From: Amoebidium appalachense
Taxonomy: Eukaryota > Protista > Ichthyosporea
Reading direction: 5' to 3'
Assembly (NCBI GenBank): GCA_963693365.1
Contig: CAVNZM010000006.1
Location: 5,249,264-5,313,263, forward strand
Length of the DNA stretch: 64,000 nucleotides
Positions 54,543 to 64,000 of this stretch are shown piece by piece. The notes beneath the pieces were generated by a model. That model was not told the DNA's origin and ran no database searches. It saw only the letters and a list, made by a program, of their open reading frames with translations. The stretch's first letter is position 1. Each line of letters begins with the position of its first letter. The position numbers and the translations under genes were made by a program.

Positions 54543-57105
54543 ATCACTATCTAGCTAGGGTTGTAGGGTTGTCGAAGTCGCGCACCGCCGTGAGTGATCA
54601 TGAGGCGCTGGACAGTACGTAGTAGATAGTATTGTTACAGAAAAAGGCCCCTTTGCTACAAGAACTTTGTACATGTTGGGAATTGTCATCTAACAACTCA
54701 GCTTGAAGCCTTACCGTAGCTTAGGACACGTGCACACGGTATAAATGTGTAAGCCCGGGCGCTGAATTCGGGTCTAGATCTTCTGAACGAGTGCACAAAA
54801 TGTTTGGCTGGCACTGCACTCCAGCTCGCTGGCACTCTTCAGCTGCAGCGCAGAGCATATTCAAGTAAGTTACCGTGATCAATTCTTCAAGCAGACACAA
54901 GGTCCGAATTCGAATACTTTTTTGGTTGATCACACTAAAGCCTTGCGTTGGCTATTAGAAACGTGCGTGTATGATCATGACATTCGTGCCTCCACCCGTC
55001 CACATGCAGGGCCATCATCGTGCTCTGAGGAAGGTTGATAGGGCTGCTAATGTTCATTAGCTGTAATTTGCGTGAATACGTTTTCATCTGCTCAAAAGCA
55101 TTCATGATCTATTTCACCGCATCTTGGCAAAATCATCAGTGAAAGATTTTGGTCATCATCAGTCGCCATGAAGCTTTTGGGCACATAGGAAAAAAAGACA
55201 ACGCAGGACGTTACCAATACAAAACTCATCATTTTCTTTGTCTTTTCCTTGCGACTTCAAAGGGGGAAAGGGGCTTCGTTTTATGTCTTACAGAATCCAT
55301 TAACCAACACCAACAGTGTTTACTTCAAAAGCTGGCATAAGAGGGCTCATAAGATAGCGAATCGCAAGCCGTTGGAAATGGATCAGGGAGTTCTAACTGA
55401 GCGCAAAAGTGAAGCTCGGCTTCAGGTTAGGTTCATTCAATTGCACACCAGTTACCGGCCCAGGAAAAAGTTAATGAGAAATCATTATGTCGTGCCGATG
55501 TTGTTTCTGTGGCAACAGGCTGGAGAAAAACTGTTATATACTGTAGCATGCATATGGGTTTTTGCGAAAGTCCGCAGTGCCCGCACTAAAGCTCTTAATT
55601 CACACCCTGTTCATGACACGGTCCCTATTGGTTAAAGTACCTAATAGGTGTATATTTTAACCAAAAAGTGCGTGGCTACTCAGATCCACCAATCAAAAGC
55701 ATGTGCGTGAATTAGATTTACAGAACGACATGTGTAGGATAGCCAATGAATCGCTTGCAGCTAGGTGTGGTCGTCGATTGTAACTGGTTTTCTCGTTGTC
55801 ACTAGATTGGCCAAAAATGCACCGGGCTGACAGCTGCAGGCTGTGCTTTATGAGCAACGAAAAAAAAAAAAATGTTCATGGGAAAAAAATATTCCAGGAA
55901 AGCCTTTGTGAGATTACCAACCACACACGTGCATATCGATCCAGGTCACATTTGTGGCCTTGTATGCATACATAAATCTGTGCATGGTGCGCGACCCAAC
56001 CCCGCCCCACAACTTCGTCGAAAGGTTGAACTGCGCGCAGAATTGCCGCCACGCCGCTATCTATCGCCTCTGGCCCAGGGTAGCGGAGGCTAGCGGGCAA
56101 GGCTGGGCCCTGGCCGGGTGGCCGGGCCCTGGCACTGATGGTCTGGCACGCCACCGAGTCAACGGTGTCTTTGACTGAAATGGCCACGTCGACTCCTCCA
56201 CTCGTTCACCAGAAACGAGGTGTCATTCCGAGACCCAATGGCAGTATCAGAGTGATCACGGTTTCACTGATCATCAGGTCGTGAACGTTCCTTGATCATC
56301 ATCATGATCCTGCAGCTGCACATGTATGATATATGCATACGTTTGTACCAGTGTAGACGTTAATACACGCACGTGTAAAGCTGCACATAATCGCTTCAAA
56401 AAAGCGTCAGTTCCCGCGTGCAGTGGTCGACTCCACGAGATCATCATCAGGCATGCATGCATGTTGTGCACGTGGGGCACGCGTGTGTGCACGGTCCCGG
56501 GAGATCTGGGCTTGGATATGGGGGCGGGGGAAGGATCACTGTGCATGTGTGCAGCTACACCAGGCTGTCCATACTAAATACACCTATGCACTGCACATAC
56601 ATATACAGTACATGACTACTTATTATATAATCTACGGTTAGGGAAAATCGGCGCTCGAGAATGCACACGTGCACAGTACACACTGTGGCCCCGCCGGCCA
56701 CCCTGTCCTTGGCAAGGCCATCCCCGGCCGGGCCGAGCTGAGCCAGGGCCAACCTGATCATGGCATGGCTTGAAGAGGCTCACATCAGTCACGTGTGAAA
56801 TACACGGTGAAATTCGTGAATACATCGGAACCTTGTGAACGGGTCAATGTGCTAATGGAGGGGGAAATGTTTCTAAAGGTGCATATGTAGAATGATGTAA
56901 TCATGTCCGATAATGATTATTGAGACACAAACATGTATGGGCTTGTCCCAAATATGTTCTCTGCACTGCGGCCCATAACCATTGTAAATCATAGTGTTCC
57001 GTCTGATCACCGTCTGCAGACTGCAGTAGTCACGACTGCCAGTGCCCGTACGTGTACCTGTCGGAGCAACCCCTGGGTTCGAAATCATCCTCCTTTTTCC
57101 TACAA

Positions 57106-57162
57106 CCAATAGACCAAAGGCCTGCTTCGGGCAGCTTCAGACAGCATTGCTCGCGTATAAAA
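57106..57162 (+). promoter_or_regulatory. CCAAT box (57106-57110) and TATA box (TATAAAA 57156-57162) of the LPMO-like gene
   Basis: Canonical motifs about 150 and 100 nt upstream of ATG 57256. Confidence 0.55.
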
Positions 57163-57255
57163 CCTCCCGGGACCCATCATTCCCTTTGCAAACATCACAC
57201 AGAGTGCGTGTTTCCCGAGGTGATTCATCCCCACCCCTCACCCCGAACCTTCACC

Positions 57256-58224
57256 ATGCCTTCCTCCGTCGTTTCTCTTCTCGTTGGCGCCGCCGCCCTC
57301 GCGGTTATTGCCCCCGCGGGTGTGGAGGGGCACGGTGCTATGCTCAACCCCGCTCCATGGAAGATGACCGACAGTTTTGTCGCTAAACTGCCCGCCAAGA
57401 TGCAGCGTTTGCTCAAGAGCGGTGAGAACTACGGGCAGGATATTCCCCGCTACCTCTTGCAGACTACCCCCCTCGAGTTCTGGAAGGAGGAGGGCCTTGA
57501 GAAGCCCCGTGGCAACGCGTGGACTCTCCCTTGCCGCGGTGTCTCCCCGGACGGTGTTGAGCACGAGGTAAAGATCACACTATGATCAAATTGGTTTTTT
57601 GTATGTAGCGTGATATAATCATGAATTCTCTCATTAAATGGGGAAGGGGACGGGGGTTCTATTTATTTATTGCGCCAAGAAGGAATGCACACTCTAGCGG
57701 CACATGTCATGGTTCCTGCTAATCTCAACTCAGGATTCATTTGAATTGTCTGCACGCCATCTAAATCACCTTTTTATTCATTTGTGTATCCTGTTTACGA
57801 CGGTGTGCACCATAACTCTTGTTTGCCATCCCCCTGCCACTCCCACTAAACCCTCTCCCTTTTTTCCCATCAGGTTACCCCGGGTGGCCGTCTCCGCATC
57901 AAATACCAAATCGACGTCAACCACGGCGGCGACTGCATGTTCCGTTTCTTCAAGAACGAGCCAGGTGAGGAGGTGCAGATCGGCGACACCCACTACGTTA
58001 AGGGGTGCGGGCACACAAACAGTGGTGTCTACACCACTATGGACGTCCCAGACGAGGCCAAGGGGTGTGGAAAGAGCGGGAAGTTCTGCTTTGTTCAGTT
58101 TTACTGGAAGACTAGCAAAAGTGCTGATCAGACATACGTCAGCTGTGCCACCGTTGTCGATGGGGGGAACCGCCGCCGGTCTCTCCGTGACCGCATCGTG
58201 GCTGCTGAGGAGCGCGACCAGTAA
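57256..58224 (+). CDS. Secreted lytic polysaccharide monooxygenase-like (histidine-brace) protein, 220 aa; exons 57256-57567 and 57874-58224
   Basis: Signal peptide ends VEG|H (His codon 57331). HGAMLNP, PCRG, second His in NHGGDC (57922), C..G..CFVQFYW and QTYVSC (Gln 58129, Tyr 58135). Six Cys. Phase-0 GT-AG intron. Confidence 0.85.
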
Positions 58225-59841
58225 GAACGCTTTGTTATAATTTAAAATTTTAAAAGGTTTGTGGGCTGGTTGTGAATGGGTGGATGTGGTTATCATAAAA
58301 TGAAGCGAGTTCTTATTGAACGAGAGCCCCTCTCCCCAAATGAATCATTATCACGATGTTATATAGATATATTTGATTGCAATGGTGTATAGTTGAACAA
58401 CTTTCCCACCCTGTTCATACTTCCTGCCCGGTTTTACGACCACCACCACCCATATAAATATAATGATACGCTTATGCTCTTTCATCTCACCAAACCATTA
58501 TGATTAATCCCTGATATCCCTGATGCAATCCTTGTTAATTTTTATCCGTGTACAGTGATTCGCGCTGATCAGAAAAGGCTGTGCCTGTGGCATGGCATCG
58601 GTTTCCTGGTGAAACTGCTGAAAATGAATCAAAGAAAACAAAACTCGCATACAGTACCGGATTTTTCTTTCTCCGGTGGGGAACAAACATCCCCGCAGGT
58701 ATTATATGGAGGCTCACCGTGCTACCCTTCCTGTCAAACCCATCGGGCCCTAAACCCAAAACCCCCCAAAAAAGGTGCAATTCCCCTCCAGTGGACCTCC
58801 CCTCTTTCCTACCATTTCGTCTCTCTCTCTCTCTTTCACACACTCTCTCCCCTTTTCCCCTCCCCCCCCCCCTCCATTGTCTTGTATCCCGATTCCCATT
58901 GGTTGCTGTTCTCTTCTTTAACCCAGGCCGCAAGGAATCGCTCACTCCTGTTGATCCTGTTCCTGCCCGTGTGCTAGGTTCGGACTCCCCACACACACAC
59001 ACAAACAGACACACCCACCCAGAATCTTCTCCGGGTTCCGGGACCACCTCTCACCCTGCGGCAACCCCAGCCCACGTGCCCCCCCCTTCTCGTCAACCCC
59101 CGCTCCCCCATACATACAGGTTCCCAACATTTCGGCCCCCCACAACCAGCTTCAGCCTTCCCCCCCCTTCGCCCACCACCGCCACACACACACACACGCA
59201 CAGCCTGAGCTGGCAGCATGTATGGCTCCCTCTCATAGGATCACTGACAGCAGCAGAAGTCGTGACTGTGTTGGGTACCCCCCCCCCCCCCCCCCCCCCT
59301 GCCCACACACACACACACCTTCACCCCCCCTACACAGCAGGGGTCGTGACTGTCTACACATGTTAGGAACCCCCCTCCTCCCCCCCTCCCCCCCCCCCCC
59401 CCACCACCACCACCACCACCACCACCACCACACCCACGTATACACACAAGCGCCTCCCCCCGCCTCTTCCCCCCCTTTCTGGCCACCACGAACAGTAGCG
59501 CTGGCTCTTACATCAGTCACCCCGAGCCAAGCTTCAGTATTCTAACCTTTCTCTCCCTTCATATCCTTTACAGCTGAAACACACACTATAATTGCGCAAT
59601 CGATCGAGCACAAGCGCAATACAAATCGATTATCGGTGCATGTTTCACGCCTGACATAATGGTTGTGTTACCATTTAATATGTGCGAGGATTGGTGCTTT
59701 ATATATTTTAAATTTAAGCATTGCGGATCGAAAAGTCATTGCAGAGAGATAGAGCAGAGTGTGTGTGGCCACAGGATGGAAAAGAGAAGAGAATGTGGAG
59801 GAGCGCTGCTGGGGGTGGGGGGAAGCGCCGGTGGTGGTGGT

Positions 59842-59879
<38 letters not shown>

Positions 59880-60285
59880 AGGTGGCCCGACCCTGCTGGA
59901 AAGGCTTAGGGCTAAGTCGGGCATAGGCACCGTGAAGATAGCTCAAAAAAAAAAAAAAGGGTTGAACTACAGCACTTGAAACATATGTCTGCCAAAGTTT
60001 GGACTGGACAGTTTTTTTTTGTGTTTTATACTCATTACAGACAGGTAATGCCCCTCCCCCCCCCCCCCCCCCCTGCGGGAGGGGAGGAGGAGGGGGGAGG
60101 ACTGAGAGGGGAGGGGGTGCTCCTTTCTTACTTTTCTCTAATAGTTACTGAGGAACGTTCAACGTTTCATGTCTTTTTTCCCCAGTGATTTTCGGCTCAT
60201 TATGACCGAGTCAGGCTTACATGGGCAGACGTGGGGTGGAGCTAGCATAACAAGCCAGTATGGTAACACCTTTTTTTTTTTTTTC

Positions 60286-60317
<32 letters not shown>

Positions 60318-60595
60318 GTTGCAACTGAATTCATGTTAACATGTTCCATTCGACATCATCCCCCCCCCCCCCCCCCCCCCCCTCTCCCCCCCCCTCTCCC
60401 GGCACGTGCCAGTGTACATGTGGGCATGGCTGGAAGCCCAAACAAATAGGTAAAAAATAGAATCAATTCACGGAAGTGCCAGTGGGGTTGCAGTGTGTGC
60501 AGCCACAATCCATGGCCATAGTAAGCAAGACAGCATGCAACTGCTAGAATTTGCGGCGCAAATTAATCGCCTAGGGCGGCTGTGTGTGTATGTGT

Positions 60596-60635
<40 letters not shown>

Positions 60636-61080
60636 TCCATTTGGTGTGTGTGTGTGTGTTTTGTGTGTGTGCGTGTGTTTGTGTGTGTGTGCACGTGCCA
60701 GGCTGGAGAGAAAGAGAGAGAGTGTGTGTGTGTGTTGTTGGGGGGGGGGGGGGGGGGGGGGGGGGGGAGAAGGCCGGGAGGGGCTTCTTGGACACTCTGC
60801 CGATCGACGGCATGTTGCTATGACAGATAGTACACAGACGGCGTTGTATTTCTGAACTTGACTGAGAAACCCGCGCTTTCTTTTCTCAAGAAGAATGTGC
60901 ATGTGGGCATGTGCATATGCACGTTTGGACGGTTGTGGTGATGGGAGTGGTTGTGGGGGGAGGGAGGGGGGGATGGGTGGGTAAAAATATGTTACACAGA
61001 AATTTGGTACACATATTTCGTTGAACGGAGAACACAAGGCAGATTGCAAAGCATACAGAGAGTGCATCATACGCCAGTTG

Positions 61081-61111
<31 letters not shown>

Positions 61112-61380
61112 GGGAGGGGAGGGGGGGGGGGGGGGGGGGGGGGGGGGTAATAATGAATGACAGCATACGGAGACCCGGTACTTTTATTATCAGGTCCGAA
61201 CATGACCTTAGCCGCCCAGCGGCCGAACTAGTAGCATCAACCGATTGGTTCTAATCGGATCTGATCTGATATTTACTCGTCATCAGCTATCAAAAACATG
61301 CCTCAAATTCTAAAATCATGAAAACAGGGAGATGGAGGAAAATTCAGGGGAAAGGAGGGGTGGGTACCGGTGGGGGTAGG

Positions 61381-61452
<72 letters not shown>

Positions 61453-61668
61453 GAAAACAAGGAGCAAGAAACCTCCGTTCGACTTAAAGCGTCTGCAATC
61501 CTCAATGCCACTAGCAATCACTTGCTTTAAAAAACCGTTTTATGTCTTTCCTAAACTACTTACTACCATCGTGCCACTACCGAATTCTGCTTAGGTTACG
61601 CTATACTAGTTAGATCTTAAAAAAGATCCCAAGAAATTGGCAAAACCGTTGATTCTATTGGTGAAAAA

Positions 61669-62131
61669 TCACACGTCGGGGATGCCGGCCATCCAGTAGG
61701 ACTCCATGTTGCATTCGTTGGTGCCCCGACGGATCTTGAAGAAGCCGTGGTGGCCCCAAAGGCGGTTCCAGCTGTAAAAATGGGTATGTGTAAGTGTGTG
61801 TAAGTGTGTGTACGTGTGTGGGTGGGTGTGTGCGCGTGTGTGTATGTGTGCAGGGATAGGTGTGTGTACGTGTGTGTGTGTTAATGTGTGTGCACGTGTG
61901 CATAGATAAGTGTTTGTGCGTCAGTGTACGTGTGTGCACCTGTGCGTGTATGCGTGTGTGTGTTTTGGGGGGGGGGGGGGGGGGGGGGGGGAGGCGCAGG
62001 CGTTCAAACGTGCTAATGGGGGACCAAACAAAAAACCCTAGGGAAGGGGGAGGGAAGGGTCGGTGAGGAGATGGGGGGAAGGGGGAGCAGGAAAACATTG
62101 AGATTGAGAGTGACGAGAGTGAAGGTAGGGG

Positions 62132-62214
<83 letters not shown>

Positions 62215-62251
62215 TAAAAACGAGAAAGAGAGCGAAAATGGATGGCCGGGG

Positions 62252-62289
<38 letters not shown>

Positions 62290-62331
62290 AGGGGCAGCTA
62301 GAGAGAGAGAATGAGCCTGTGCGCATGTGCC

Positions 62332-62363
<32 letters not shown>

Positions 62364-62655
62364 TATGTGACGTGCACACATGTTCACACCCACCTGTTCT
62401 TAGCCAGCCAGTACTTCACGCCATTCTCCTCACCCCATCCGATCAGAGTGACGTCATGCCCCCCGGCCACACTTGTGTCGTTGTGCACATAGACGCCATC
62501 CTTATATACCATGAAGTCATCATATACGTCATACACACCGGTGATAGGCCCATGCGTCATAATCTCCCACTGGGCAGCCTGGGGGGAAAACAGAGGAAAA
62601 AAAGGAAATAGAGAATAAAAATTAGAAGTGGGGAAGGGGTGGGAGAGGGTGGGGT

Positions 62656-62691
<36 letters not shown>

Positions 62692-63198
62692 TGGTTGCGG
62701 GGGGGAGTGAGGGGTGGGGAGGGAGGAGGAGGTGTGTGCGCGGTGTGTGTGTGTGTGTGTGTGTGCGAAGGGAGGTGTATGTGAGTGAGTGAGTGTGTGA
62801 GTGTGTGTGTGTGTGTGTGTTGGGGGGGGGGGGGGGGGGGGGGTTGGGGAGGAAGGGGAGGAGGTGTGATGTGTCAGTAAACATATCTTACACGATGAAA
62901 TCGACGTGACATGGATTGACGGGTTGGGTGGACTGGGGAGGAGAACAGAATAGAGGAGGAGGCAAAAAGCACGGGGCCGAGGAGGGGAGGGGGGGATGGG
63001 GGTATGGGAGGTCAGTGAGTTAGTCTAAGGTTGGGGGTGGGGGTGGGGCGGGGGTGGTGGCGGTGGCAGTGCAGAGGAGGGTGGTGGGGGGGAGGGGAGA
63101 GAGAGAGAGAGAGAGAAGAAAGCACAAGAGCGAAGAGGACGGGCAAAGAGAACAAGGAGAGTCCTAGGAGATGGTAAGGGTGGGTGGGTGTAAGTTTA

Positions 63199-63248
<50 letters not shown>

Positions 63249-63617
63249 TGTGTTGCATGTTTGTTTGGGGCAGAGGGGAGGGGGGGGGGGGGGGGAGAAG
63301 GGGGGAAGGATTTGAATGAAGACAGAGACAGAATCCAGATTCCACCTGCTGCTTTTACACCTATGCACATTCCAACAACCTTCCTTCCATATATGGTATC
63401 ATACCACCATACCACCACCACCACACGCATACCTTAATGTCCAGTGCGGGAATGCGGTAGGCCTCCTTTGCCTTAAACCGGTCCTGGGCGTAAGGGCGTG
63501 TGTGCTCATTGGTGCATTCCTGAATGCACGTGGGTGAGACCACGTGCACCTTTCCGTGGTGGAGGTTGATGGGGATTGGGTAGGGCTGGCACCCGAGCTG
63601 GCTTCCGTAGTTGTCAC
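61669..63617 (-). CDS. CTSB: Cathepsin B-like C1A cysteine protease, last three exons (63617-63433, 62578-62394, 61771-61669); 5' part lies outside the window
   Basis: [22 protein letters not shown]|[45 protein letters not shown]|[30 protein letters not shown]. Confidence 0.9.
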
Positions 63618-63626
63618 CTTAAAACG

Positions 63627-63657
<31 letters not shown>

Positions 63658-64000
63658 TGGGTGGAGGGTGGGGGTTAGAATGTGTGATAAATTAAAAAGT
63701 AAAGATTCACTGGGAGCGGGCTGGTGCGTGGGGGGGGGGGGGGGGGGGGGGGGGGAGGGGGGGGGGAGGGGGAGGAGTTAGAGGGAGAGCGGGAAGGTAG
63801 TAGAGAGCGCGCATGCAAAATAGAGAGAGAGGGGGGGGAGGGGGGGAGGAAGGGGAGAGAGGGAGAGTTTGTGTGTGTGTGTGTGTGTGTGTGGACGATA
63901 AGGGATGGTGGGGAGGGAGGGTAGGGGGAGGGGAGGGGGGGAGGGGGGGGGAGGGGGGGGGGGGGGAGGGACAAAGAGTTGTAGAGTACAAAGAACACAT

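Overview
Eukaryotic, intron-rich nuclear DNA, probably from a unicellular opisthokont or holozoan-like protist (inferred from akirin, THAP and WASHC3 content; not certain). Introns and intergenic DNA are saturated with poly-G/C, (CA)n and (GA)n tracts, so most ORF-track entries are artefacts. Hand splicing with GT-AG sites and consistent phases gives: a frameshifted 7TM/GPCR-like gene (0.85-3.6 kb, +), akirin (-), a disrupted THAP/repeat/coiled-coil gene (+), WASHC3 (-), an intronless SLC35C2-like transporter (+), a probable orphan membrane protein (-), a 17/18-exon CWC27 cyclophilin (-) with two identical initiator tRNA-Met genes in one intron, a 9-exon orphan (+), a secreted histidine-brace LPMO-like protein with a C-terminal RSLR..EER motif (+), and the 3' part of a cathepsin B-like gene (-). 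Two copies of a non-LTR retrotransposon 3' end and at least 12 copies of a poly-G-flanked dispersed repeat are also present. Most notable: the divergent LPMO, the G-tract-flanked repeat with orientation bias, and sense-strand poly-C directly after 5' splice sites. Several single-base frameshifts lie in homopolymers and may be assembly errors. No database searches were run.
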